From Acidobacteriota bacterium (GTDB taxonomy: Bacteria > Acidobacteriota > CAIWXX01), in the NCBI GenBank assembly GCA_040755995.1, contig JBFMAF010000004.1, positions 32,001-96,000 on the forward strand: a DNA stretch of 64,000 bases. The letters are read 5' to 3'. Below, one piece after another: positions 28,351 to 37,529 of this stretch (position 1 is its first letter; every line of letters starts with the position of its first letter). The notes beneath the pieces are model-generated. The model was not told where the DNA came from. It made no database searches and saw only the letters and a program-made list of their open reading frames with translations. The position numbers were made by a program, and so were the translations under genes.

Positions 28351-28377
28351 CGTCCTACGAGCGGAATCCTGACACTA

Positions 28378-28433
28378 GCGAGGCGGGGCCTCAGACCGAT
28401 GAACCATGCCAGGCCGCTTTGGCCCCGCCTCGC
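28378..28433. repeat. 13-bp inverted repeat after the operon (terminator- or REP-like)
   Basis: GCGAGGCGGGGCC ... GGCCCCGCCTCGC. Confidence 0.6.
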
Positions 28434-28577
28434 GTCGAGAGTCGACAGTCGAGAGTTGGGAGTGACTACCGTGGGAATTCAGAGCCAATGACGCGACGTG
28501 GCAAACTTGACTCAATCGCAACATTTTTTTCCCCTGAAGCCCGCTAGGCGCTAACGCGCCTAGATGGCAAGACCCCG

Positions 28578-28646
28578 TTCACCGCGGAGACGCAGAGGAC
28601 GCAGAGTCGAATGAACCCTCTGCGCACTACGCGCCTCTGCGGTGAA
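28578..28646. repeat. REP-like palindromic element
   Basis: TTCACCGCGGAGACGCAGAG...CTCTGCG...CTCTGCGGTGAA imperfect inverted repeat. Confidence 0.7.
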
Positions 28647-28706
28647 AGGGCATGCTCATTGAACCTCCCTGTTTGGTTGCGGCTGTGCCGCGTTAGGAGT
28701 GGATCG

Positions 28707-29795
28707 ATGATGACCCGAAATCTCTTCATTCTCCTTCTTCTCGCGGTGTGCGCAGTGCTTCTGATCGCTGCTGCGATCAGCATGCGGCCACGGGCCTACA
28801 GGGGGCCTGTTTCGGATCACTTCGACGGCGCCCGCTTCTTCAACGCCGAGCCGGAACACTCGGCAGGCGACACGATCAAGTGGCTCTGGGAGATGAAGAC
28901 CGTGGATTGGCCCGGCTGGATCGACGACCCTCACCACCCGCCCCCGCCCGAAACGGTGCCCGCTGGCGCGCTGAGAGTCACGCACATCAACCATGCCACG
29001 GTCCTGTTGCAGCTGGACGGGTTGAACATCCTGACCGATCCGATTTGGTCGAAGCGGGCGGGTATCGCGCCCTGGCTCGGCGTGCGGAGGGTACGGGATC
29101 CCGGAGTTGCATTCGACGATCTCCCGCCGATTGACGTCGTCCTGATTTCGCACGATCATTTCGACCATCTGGACGTCCCGACGGTGAAAAGGCTGAATGA
29201 GATTCACCACCCGCTTTTCATAGTCGGGCTTGGGGTGCGAGCCTTTCTGGAGTCGAAGGGCGTTCAGCGGGTGATCGAGCTGGATTGGTGGCAGCCGCAC
29301 GAGCTCCCGGGGAGCACCCTCCGGCTCACCTTCGTTCCGGCCCGGCACGGGTCCGGCCGGATGCCTCTCAGCGCGAACCGCACGCTCTGGGGGGGCTTCC
29401 TCATCGATTCACCTGGCGGCCAGGTCTATTTCGCGGGCGACTCGGGGTGGGGGTCTTCTATCGACAAGCTGGCGCAGGAATTCGATCGCATCAGGCTGGC
29501 GGTGCTGCCGATCGGCAGCTATGAAAAGCGATGGTTCATGAAATCACAGCATTTCAATCCTGAAGATGCCGTCCGGCTGCTCTTGAAGACGAACGCCCGA
29601 CAAGCCGTCGGAATGCATTACGGAACATTTGCGGAACACCCCGAACAGGATATCCAGGCTCACGAATTGGATCTCGCCCGGGCGCTGCGCGAATGCAAAG
29701 TCCCGCCGTCGAGATTCTGGATTCTCTCTTTCGGGGAGGGACGTGATGTGCCGCCCCTGGCGGAAGACGGCGTTACCGGGGGTCCATGTCCATAG
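28707..29795 (+). CDS. MBL-fold metallohydrolase (NAPE-PLD/RomA-like)
   Basis: N-terminal TM, SDHFDG.RF.N, LTDPIWS, SHDHFDHLD, YFAGDSG, GMHYGTF. Confidence 0.93.
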   Translation: MMTRNLFILLLLAVCAVLLIAAAISMRPRAYRGPVSDHFDGARFFNAEPEHSAGDTIKWLWEMKTVDWPGWIDDPHHPPPPETVPAGALRVTHINHATVLLQLDGLNILTDPIWSKRAGIAPWLGVRRVRDPGVAFDDLPPIDVVLISHDHFDHLDVPTVKRLNEIHHPLFIVGLGVRAFLESKGVQRVIELDWWQPHELPGSTLRLTFVPARHGSGRMPLSANRTLWGGFLIDSPGGQVYFAGDSGWGSSIDKLAQEFDRIRLAVLPIGSYEKRWFMKSQHFNPEDAVRLLLKTNARQAVGMHYGTFAEHPEQDIQAHELDLARALRECKVPPSRFWILSFGEGRDVPPLAEDGVTGGPCP

Positions 29796-29819
29796 AGTCC
29801 ATCCAGAATTCCGACAGCT

Positions 29820-30038
29820 GGCGATGGTGAGGCGGGCACCCAGCGAGCGCTCGATCCAGTCGCATAGCCGCGATGTTTGATCTTCCGTCCACGGCGTATT
29901 GATGAGTGCCGCCTCCTTCCCCTCGATCACCACCAGTCCGTTCGACGGAAATTCTCCGTTGAAGCCCGGTGTCTCGAACCAGAAGACGTGCCGCCAGATC
30001 CCCGGCGCCAGCTGTTCGACATCCAGGTCGTCGGCGAG
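29820..30038 (-). pseudogene. Fragment of a subclass B1 metallo-beta-lactamase
   Basis: LADDLDVEQLAPGIWRHVFWFETPGFNGEFPSNGLVVIEGKEAALINTPWTEDQTSRLCDWIERSLGARLTIA aligns by eye with the NDM/VIM-type N-terminal half. Homology ends just before HxHxD. Confidence 0.8.
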
Positions 30039-30044
30039 ATGACT

Positions 30045-30470
30045 CGACGATACGGCCCGCGCTGTCGATAACCGTGCCCGACAGCTTGTACCCCTTCTTC
30101 AGCTTCAAGTTGAGTGTCTTGTCGCCACTGATCGTGAAGTTGCTCGTTGTAAAGGCCGCCGGCACCGGCTGAAAGCTGCTCGAGAACACCATCACGGGGA
30201 TCAGACGAGTCTTGTAGCTGCCGGAGGGGAGGGCGATAGCATACTGAGCGAAGTTGGTGGCGTCCGTGCCGAACTGTGCGAGATGGTATGCGAAGGTGCC
30301 GCCATTTGTGGCAAGAGTCCACAGGAGGGCGGTCAAGACGCTCACGCTGCCAGAAGGCGGCAGCACCTTGCCGCTCAGGATGTGGCCCGATGGAATCGTG
30401 ATTGTGCCGGCCGACGAGATGCTACCACATGGCTGCTTTGCAGCAGGCACCGGAAGAGAGCATAATACCG
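30045..30470 (-). pseudogene. Fragment of a beta-rich exported protein (carboxypeptidase-regulatory-like repeats)
   Basis: Coding-like stretch GHILSGKVL...LNLKLKKGYKLSGTVIDSAG with no credible start or stop; joined out of frame to the B1 fragment. Confidence 0.5.
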
Positions 30471-30593
30471 CCGCCGGCCCGAGGCTGCGGGTACCGCTGG
30501 TGATCCACGGGAGTGGAGCAAATGGATACCCAGCTCGGGCGATGCGGCTCGTGTGTGGGTGCACAGGCTTGCGGTTACCGCGGAGGAGGTATC

Positions 30594-31043
30594 GTGCGCA
30601 GAGTAATTCTGACCGTCTCGATTGTCATCATCGTATGCGTGGTGGCGACTTCTGTTCTTGCGGCGGACGAACGTAAGGTGTTCTATTTGGGCGAGAAGCC
30701 CGCCGATCTCCCGTTCAGCCCGGCGGTTCTGGCTGACGACACGCTTTACGTCTCCGGGCTCCTCGCCGTGAATCCCGAGACGGGGAAGTTCGAAGGCGGA
30801 ACGATGACGCAGCAGGCCGAGCGTGTGCTGGCGAACATGGAGATCCTCCTGAAGAAGGCCGGAATGGGGCTGGAGGACGTCGTTCAGGCGACCGTCTACA
30901 TCACGGACTTCGCGGAGTTCGCCGAGTTCAACGCCGTCTTCCGCAAGGTATTTCCACAGGCACCGCCGGCTCGGGCCACCGTGCAGGTGGCCAGGCTGGC
31001 CATGGATGCCAAGATCGAGATCTCGGCGATCGCGGTGAAATAG
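30594..31043 (+). CDS. RidA/Rid family protein with N-terminal signal peptide
   Basis: PFSPAV...LYVSG, FAEFNAV, PPARATV, KIEISAIA. RBS GGAGGAGG before GTG. Confidence 0.93.
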   Translation: MRRVILTVSIVIIVCVVATSVLAADERKVFYLGEKPADLPFSPAVLADDTLYVSGLLAVNPETGKFEGGTMTQQAERVLANMEILLKKAGMGLEDVVQATVYITDFAEFAEFNAVFRKVFPQAPPARATVQVARLAMDAKIEISAIAVK

Positions 31044-31132
31044 CCGCCGGCCGGCTGGATGCGTGACGGAGCAGCCATACAGAGGCGCACTTTCCGGCCG
31101 CGCCACCCGGCGCCACGGCGGGTCCAAATGTG

Positions 31133-31816
31133 ATGGGCGGCGATAACACTTACTATGACGAGAAGCTCGCCGCGGAGCGCTTGAGGCGCTGCTACGAGAT
31201 CGCGCCGCCCAGGGTACAGCAGTACTTGAGGGCCGAGGTGGCCCACGTCCTCAGCAGCGTTCGCCCGCACGATCTGGTGCTCGACCTCGGATGCGGATTC
31301 GGCCGGGTCATGCCGCGGCTGGCCGCGGCGGGGCGGCGGGTAATCGGAATCGACACTTCGCATGCAAGCCTGAGGATGGCCGGGAACCTGCTCGAGCATC
31401 TCAGCAACTGCACGCTGTTGGAGATGAACGCGGTACAGTTGGCATTTCGCGATTCGGTGTTCGACGTGGTGCTCTGCGTTCAAAACGGAATCTCGGCGTT
31501 CCACGTGGACCAGCTCGCGCTGATCCGCGAGAGCCTGCGCGTCACGAGAGCAGGCGGCACCGTGCTGTTCTCGTCGTATGCCGGCGGCTTCTGGGAACAC
31601 CGGCTGCGATGGTTCGAGTTGCAGTCGGAGGCCGGACTGCTCGGAGAGATCGACTACGCCAAGACGCGCGATGGCGTGATCGCGTGCAAGGATGGCTTCC
31701 GAGCCACGACGGTCGACTCGCGCCGGTTCATGGAGCTCACGTCAGGCTTGGCGGCTGAGGTGAGTGTCGAAGAGGTTGACGAATCGAGTCTCCTCTGCCG
31801 TCTGGTCAAGCGCTGA
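31133..31816 (+). CDS. Class I SAM-dependent methyltransferase
   Basis: VLDLGCGFG motif I, FDVV, LRVTRAGG. Confidence 0.9.
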   Translation: MGGDNTYYDEKLAAERLRRCYEIAPPRVQQYLRAEVAHVLSSVRPHDLVLDLGCGFGRVMPRLAAAGRRVIGIDTSHASLRMAGNLLEHLSNCTLLEMNAVQLAFRDSVFDVVLCVQNGISAFHVDQLALIRESLRVTRAGGTVLFSSYAGGFWEHRLRWFELQSEAGLLGEIDYAKTRDGVIACKDGFRATTVDSRRFMELTSGLAAEVSVEEVDESSLLCRLVKR

Positions 31817-32191
31817 ACTCCATCGTCGAGTCGGCGATCAATCCTGGGAGCCGGCGCTTCCCGAGCCTGAGGTATTCCGGCTCGATCTCAATGCCGATCG
31901 AAGATCTGTGCATGTGAATGGCTGCAAGGGTCGTGTTGCCGGTACCCCAGAAGGGGTCAAGCACGTCACGATCAGATGCACCAAGGTGCCGCTCTCAATC
32001 CCGGTAAACTCGCGGGCATCGCCGAGGTATACGCGATGATGGTTTCGGAGGATGGATGGGTGCAGAGCCCATACGGCGCGGCTCGCCTCGAACTTGTCCT
32101 TCACGGTGGCTTCGCTGGAACGACGATACGGAGAGCCCGTCTCCTCAGCTTCAAACAGCAATGCGCCCGTTCGCGCTTCTTTCTTGCTCAT
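31806..32191 (-). pseudogene. Internally deleted beta-class N4/N6 DNA methyltransferase
   Basis: N-terminus ...HRVYLGDARE...VHLIVT stops where SPPY is expected. At 31964 the frame shifts to VLDPFWGTGNTTLAA...SIGIEIEPEY (motif I) and reaches a stop at 31806. Confidence 0.8.
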
Positions 32192-32370
32192 GATCCGGCC
32201 ATGTTGTTCGGCAATGATGAGATCACAGAATAATCCCGGCCGTCTCCCAAAGCAAATGCGACCGCCACCGGTCTGGCGGCCGGCCAGCCCGCCAACCAGC
32301 CAACCACCGAGCTTGTCCTGGTTCCGTGACTCAACGTATACTCCGTGTTCCTGGCGGCAAAGGAGAAGCG

Positions 32371-33855
32371 ATGCCAAAGGTGGACATCTTTCGCGATTTC
32401 ACGCGGACGTTCTGGATATCGAACGTGTTCGAGCTGTTCGAGCGCGCGGCCTACTACGGGCTGAACTCCGTGCTGGCCGTCTACCTGACGGGGAAGGTGG
32501 CTGACGGGGGCCTAGGGTTCGGCGAGCAGGCTGTGGGATTCCTCCAGGGCATCGTCTATGCCGCGACATACGTGATACCGATTCTGGGCGGCGCGCTCGC
32601 CGATCATTACGGCTACCGGCGGATGCTGATGGTGGCGTTCTCGCTGCTGGCCACCGGGTACTTCGCCGCAGGCCACATGTCGGTCTACGCGCTGGTGTTC
32701 CTCTCGCTGCTGGTCATGGCCACGGGTGCCGGTCTCTTCAAGCCGATCATCTCGGGTACGATCGCTCGCACCACTGGTGAGCGCACATCGTCGATCGGGT
32801 TCGGCATCTACTACTGGATGATCAATCTCGGCGCGTTCATAGCGCCGCTCGTCGTGAGCGTGCTCAAGGGATTCTCGTGGCGGGCGGTCTTCATGGCCTC
32901 CGCCGCCTACACCGGCGCCATGCTGCTGCCCACCATCTTCCTCTACCGTGACCCGCCTCGACCCGAGAGCACCAAGCGTCTCAAGGAGGTGCTGGTGGGA
33001 GCGGCCGAGGTGCTTAGCGACGCGCGATTCATGCTCATGATCGTGGCGTACTCAGGGTTCTGGATTCTCTACTTCCAGAATTTCGGCTCGGTGCTCTGGT
33101 ATCTCCGGGATTTCATCAATCGAGATCCGGTCAGCGCCGCGGTGACGTCGCTGCTGAGCACGATCGGGCTATCGTGGAAGTTCGTATTCGACGCCGAGCA
33201 CGTCACGGTGATCAACGCGGGCATGATCATTCTGCTCCAGGTCCTGGTGAGCCGCATCGTCAAGGACCGCAAGGCGCTGCCGACCATGGTGACCGGGATG
33301 GCGCTCGGCGCAGTCGGTTTCCTGCTGCTCGCTTCGTCTCGCAACCCGTGGATCTTCATCATGGGCATCGCTGTCTTCTCGATCGGCGAGATGACCGCCC
33401 ACCCGAAGTACTACAGCTTCGTCGGGCTGGTGGCTCCCGCCGATCGCAAGGCCGTGTACATGGGGTACGCCTTCCTGTACGGCGTCTTCGGATCGCTCCT
33501 CGGCAGCAACCTCGGCGCATTCCTCTACGAGCGGATGCTGAAGCCCCTTGTCGGGAACGCCGTTGCCGCCGGAACCGTCAGGCTCTTCTGGCTGCTGTTC
33601 GCAGCGCTCGACATCCTGGCAGTGATAGGACTCGTGCTCTTCGCGCGCAGCTTCACCGAAGACACGCCCGAGACGCGGCGCAAGGCCGGTCTCATCATGA
33701 ATGGCGTCTACGCGCTCATTCTTCTGCTGGGTATCGTGTTCCTGGCATTCGCGGTGCTATCCTCGCCGGTGCAGCCCAAGACTGCGGTCCAGGCGGTGAT
33801 CTTCCTACTACTCGGAGCAGGCGGGCTGATCATGAACCGGCGGCGCCGGCGTTGA
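32371..33855 (+). CDS. MFS transporter (POT/peptide-like)
   Basis: ELFERAAYYG motif, GGALADHYGYRR, about 12-14 TM helices. Confidence 0.92.
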   Translation: MPKVDIFRDFTRTFWISNVFELFERAAYYGLNSVLAVYLTGKVADGGLGFGEQAVGFLQGIVYAATYVIPILGGALADHYGYRRMLMVAFSLLATGYFAAGHMSVYALVFLSLLVMATGAGLFKPIISGTIARTTGERTSSIGFGIYYWMINLGAFIAPLVVSVLKGFSWRAVFMASAAYTGAMLLPTIFLYRDPPRPESTKRLKEVLVGAAEVLSDARFMLMIVAYSGFWILYFQNFGSVLWYLRDFINRDPVSAAVTSLLSTIGLSWKFVFDAEHVTVINAGMIILLQVLVSRIVKDRKALPTMVTGMALGAVGFLLLASSRNPWIFIMGIAVFSIGEMTAHPKYYSFVGLVAPADRKAVYMGYAFLYGVFGSLLGSNLGAFLYERMLKPLVGNAVAAGTVRLFWLLFAALDILAVIGLVLFARSFTEDTPETRRKAGLIMNGVYALILLLGIVFLAFAVLSSPVQPKTAVQAVIFLLLGAGGLIMNRRRRR

Positions 33856-34931
33856 CCAGACGTCCGCCAGAATGTGAACTATTGAGCGCCGCATAAGTAA
33901 TGCAACACTCATGGCAAAAAAGGGGGGAAGGTCGGATTCCTGGATGCATCCACGCAGAAGGGCCTGGGAGGAGGCCAGTCGGCAGACTTCCGAGGCGATC
34001 AGATCCATCAGCTCAGCCTTGTTGTCCGGACGCCCGTTGGCCAGCCTGCCCTTGATGTGGTGCCACACGCCCTCGTCTGGATTCAATTCGGGAGCGTAGG
34101 CAGGAAAGGGAACAAGATGGAGGCGCGATGTGTGGCAGAGAAGCTCCTGCACAGGCTCGGCTTTGTGGATGTTACCATTATCCAGGACAACGATGAGGTG
34201 GCCGGGCACCTGGCGCAAGAGGTGCCGGAGGAACGTAGCGACCTCCTCGCCCTGGATATTGTCCTCGAAGAGCAGGCAGTACAGCGTGCAGTGGAAGCGG
34301 CGCGGACTGACAGAGATCCCGGAGATGGCAGAGATCCGGTCATGAGCATGCCGATGATGCAGAATGGGGGTCTGCCCGACCGGACTCCATGTCTTCCGCA
34401 CCGATGGCATGAGAAGGAAGCCCGACTCGTCGATGAAGATCAAATGGGCCGCCAGCCTTGCGGCGTTTTTTTTACCGCGGGCCAGACGCTTCGCTTCCAT
34501 TCTCGGATCGTTGCCTCGTTGCGCTCAACCGCACGGCGTTCAGGCTTCTGGTGGCTCCACCCCAGCTGATGGAGCAGTTTCCCCACATGGTTCCGATGAA
34601 ATCTGACTCCCAGTTTCAGCTCGATCAACTCAGAGATCCGTTGCGTCGTCCACAAGTCCGTCCGATAGCCGTTGGCCATGGCCCCTTTGCTCAGAAGGCG
34701 AATCAACCGCTCCCTCTGCCTCACGCCCAGTCTCGGCGGTCGGCCGGCCGCAGGCTTCGCCTTCAGTGCGCCGACACCTCCCAACCGATATGCATTGCGC
34801 CACCGCAGGACACTGCTAGCATGACAGCCTATTCTCCGGGCGATTTCATGAAGCGAGAACTTCTGCCTGAGAAGACCAACAACCCTGCGACGCCTTTCTT
34901 CCAGGTAACTCGGAGATCCTCTCGGTCTCAT
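33808..34931 (-). CDS. IS630 transposase (HTH ORF + DDE ORF joined by -1 frameshift)
   Basis: A8 run at 34466-34473 links VKK to KKNAA. FIDESG, LDNGNIH and PAYAPELNPDE catalytic motifs. Confidence 0.9.
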
Positions 34932-34988
34932 CGTGGCACCCCCTTTCGGGATGCCCATAGTATGTTGCATTACTTATGCGGAAGTCAA
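33882..34988 (-). mobile_element. IS630-family insertion sequence (1107 bp)
   Basis: Terminal IRs TTGA(GCG/CTT)CCGCATAAGTAATGCAACA, flanked by TA at 33880-33881 and 34989-34990. Confidence 0.95.
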
Positions 34989-35025
34989 TAATTACGGTCC
35001 GTAGCTCCATCCAGCCGTGGCGCCG

Positions 35026-35925
35026 CTACTTCGCGGCCGCCTCGACCGGAAGCTCCTCGATGCTGCTCCATTCGTTGAAGCTCCCGTCGTAGTTCTTGAC
35101 GTTCGGAAAATCGAGAATGTACTTCAAAGTGTAGTACACGTGGCTGGACATCAATCCCTGCCCGCACGATACTATGACGGCCTTGTCCCGAGTGATACCC
35201 ACCGACTTGTAGGTCTGCTCCAAATCCGCCTTCGACTTCCACGTGCCGTCCGCTTGCAGGTCTTCCAACCAGAAGTGATGGACGGCGCCCTTGATGTGGC
35301 CCTTGCGTTTCCATGCGCCGTCTTTGCCGCTATAAAGGTCCGCAGGGCGCGCGTCGAGCAGAATCGCATCCCCCTTTTCCACCACCGACTTCACGGCGGC
35401 CAGGTCCGCCCGGACGGCAGCGTTCACCTTGCCGGGCGCGTGGTAGGCCACGGCCTCGATCCGCGGATAGTCGAACGTGGCAGGCAGTCCCGACTTCGCC
35501 CACTTCTCGAACCCTCCATCCAGAATCCCCCAGCTCTTGTGCCCGATGTAGTCCAGCGCCCACCCCAGGTAGGTTGCTTTGAAGTCGCTCCGGTCCGAGT
35601 AGATCGCGACAAATGTCTGCGGAGTCACGCCCGCGTGGCCCAGAATCGCGATCATCGCCTCCGGCGCGGTCAGCATCGCGGGCACGCCGTGATCGGGCAT
35701 CTTCAGCGAGTCGACGTTGAGGAACACTGCTCCGGGAATGTGCCCCCGCCAGTACTCCAGTACCGTGCTGCGAACATCGACGATGCGGATGTCTGCACGG
35801 GCCAGGTTCTGCGCGAGCCACTCCGCGGAGACCAGTCGCGGTGTATCGGCCGCCGGGACCGCGACGACCGAGCTCAGAAACAGACAAATCACCAATCCAA
35901 ACCGGCCCGCCATGCGCTTAAACAT
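35026..35925 (-). CDS. Tandem-domain sulfurtransferase (rhodanese), exported
   Basis: GHIPGA, LDGG, LLDAR, active-site SCGQG, YDGSFNEW; signal peptide; RBS GGAGGAGG. Confidence 0.94.
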   Translation of the reverse strand: MFKRMAGRFGLVICLFLSSVVAVPAADTPRLVSAEWLAQNLARADIRIVDVRSTVLEYWRGHIPGAVFLNVDSLKMPDHGVPAMLTAPEAMIAILGHAGVTPQTFVAIYSDRSDFKATYLGWALDYIGHKSWGILDGGFEKWAKSGLPATFDYPRIEAVAYHAPGKVNAAVRADLAAVKSVVEKGDAILLDARPADLYSGKDGAWKRKGHIKGAVHHFWLEDLQADGTWKSKADLEQTYKSVGITRDKAVIVSCGQGLMSSHVYYTLKYILDFPNVKNYDGSFNEWSSIEELPVEAAAK

Positions 35926-36045
35926 ATTCACCTCCTCCGCTCGCTCAATCTGCACCCCGCGGCGCCGATTCCGAGCGTCGCCGGCAAAGCATAGCCGCTG
36001 GTGCCGTAGGATTACAACACGACCCGGCCGCCCTATACCTCTTGC

Positions 36046-36426
36046 TCAGCGAGACCGCGCCCGGCGCTTCTTCCCGGGCTCTACACCGATCCGTGGATCA
36101 CGATCGAGAATGGCCCTGACAACCGCTCTCGATCTCTCCTCGAATTGATCGTTCGCACACGAGAGATAGAGCCACTTGCCCAGAACGGGATGCGCCGCGA
36201 GCCCGGGGAAATGACCGCACAGCGATGCATGCTGGCTTTTATCGGTTGGCACGAGCACACCGTTCCAGGGCTCCTCGCCGCTCGCCAGCACCATCACGAG
36301 CTTTCCATGAACATAGCAGGCGCGACACCCGAACATGGGCTTGTCGAAATACGACGGCTCATCGGCGAGCGGATCGCACACCCACTGCAGCGGATGGATC
36401 GCTTTCTTCGGGGTCGGTCGACGCAT
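36046..36426 (-). CDS. Hypothetical protein (TfoX-N-like)
   Basis: KPMFGC.ACY.HGKL, HPVLGKWLYL, DPRIGV; lies directly behind the radical SAM gene. Confidence 0.7.
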   Translation of the reverse strand: MRRPTPKKAIHPLQWVCDPLADEPSYFDKPMFGCRACYVHGKLVMVLASGEEPWNGVLVPTDKSQHASLCGHFPGLAAHPVLGKWLYLSCANDQFEERSRAVVRAILDRDPRIGVEPGKKRRARSR

Positions 36427-36443
36427 TCCAATTCCGCGCTTCA

Positions 36444-37319
36444 TCACGTGCCACGCATGAAATACGGCCGCAACGGCACGGACCCGCGCCGCGCGGCGGC
36501 AATCGTCGCCAGCAGTTCCTCGCGGTCGCGCGAGAGACGGCCTCCGATCGGGAGAGGATTTGAAGCGTGGTTCGCACGGAACACCGTGTCCTTGAGGTCG
36601 AGTTTCTGGACCAGCAGGTGGAGCTCGGCGAGGATTCCGTCGTCGTCCGGCAGCTGGAAGGTCCCACGTTCCAGGAGTCGCCACAGCGGGGCCTGGCGAA
36701 CGGGCATCCATGTCAGAGCCGAGAGATAAGCGGGCTGGATTGCGTTACAAGCCTCGGCCGTCGCGACCGCATGATCCTCCGAGCCTTCAACGCCTCCCAG
36801 CCCAAGCAGCACCATGATGGACGACCTCAGTCCTGCCTCATGCCCTCTCCGGACGGCCTCGACCGCCTGCTCGGGCGTCACCCCCTTCGCCTGGGCTTTC
36901 AACACGCGGGCGCTCCCCGATTCGAGACCGAGGTAGAACAGTTGAAGCCCTGCCTCGCGCAGTGCCACCAGCTCGGATGGGCTCTTCTCCAGCAGGTTCT
37001 GCGGAGTCGCATACAGGCTGATTCTGCGGAGCTTCGGCAGATGGCGTCGCAGCAGTGCGATGACATCGAGCAGAAACGGCGTCGGCGCGGCCAGCGCGTC
37101 GCCGTCGGCCAGGAAGACCCGTGGTATCTCGGGCAGACGCTCGGCCGCATACTCTATCTCCGAGGCCACTTCTTCCAGTGGCCGCACCGCGTACTTCTTG
37201 GTCCGGTACATCGCGCAGAAGACGCACGTGTTGTGCGAGCAGCCGAGTGTCACCTGCAGGATCAGGCTGTCTGCCTCCGACGGCGGCCGGAACACCGGTT
37301 CGGCGTATCGTATTCCCAT
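36444..37319 (-). CDS. Radical SAM protein
   Basis: RPPSEA, CSHNTCVFC (CX3CX2C), FLADGDAL, GLESG, FRANHASN. Confidence 0.93.
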   Translation of the reverse strand: MGIRYAEPVFRPPSEADSLILQVTLGCSHNTCVFCAMYRTKKYAVRPLEEVASEIEYAAERLPEIPRVFLADGDALAAPTPFLLDVIALLRRHLPKLRRISLYATPQNLLEKSPSELVALREAGLQLFYLGLESGSARVLKAQAKGVTPEQAVEAVRRGHEAGLRSSIMVLLGLGGVEGSEDHAVATAEACNAIQPAYLSALTWMPVRQAPLWRLLERGTFQLPDDDGILAELHLLVQKLDLKDTVFRANHASNPLPIGGRLSRDREELLATIAAARRGSVPLRPYFMRGT

Positions 37320-37529
37320 GCCAATGGCAAAGATAGCGCGGGATTGGACCGAGGTCAACGTGGACGTTGTTGTCCTTGCGCAGGTGGCAGCGCGCGTCCT
37401 TCACACTCGAGGCGGCAGGCCGCGGATGAAGCGCATGTAGCGGGGCTGGCTCGATCCGATGAATCGGGTCTATAATGGCGGCCGCAGGTGAGGCCGGTAC
37501 TGGAGCTCTTGACTGGAGGGGGTCTTGTG

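Noticed and set aside
28430..28460. Heptamer repeats GTCGAGA/GTCGACA (similar ones at about 43890-43915)
   Set aside because: Too short and lacking spacers; not CRISPR, just short tandem intergenic repeats.
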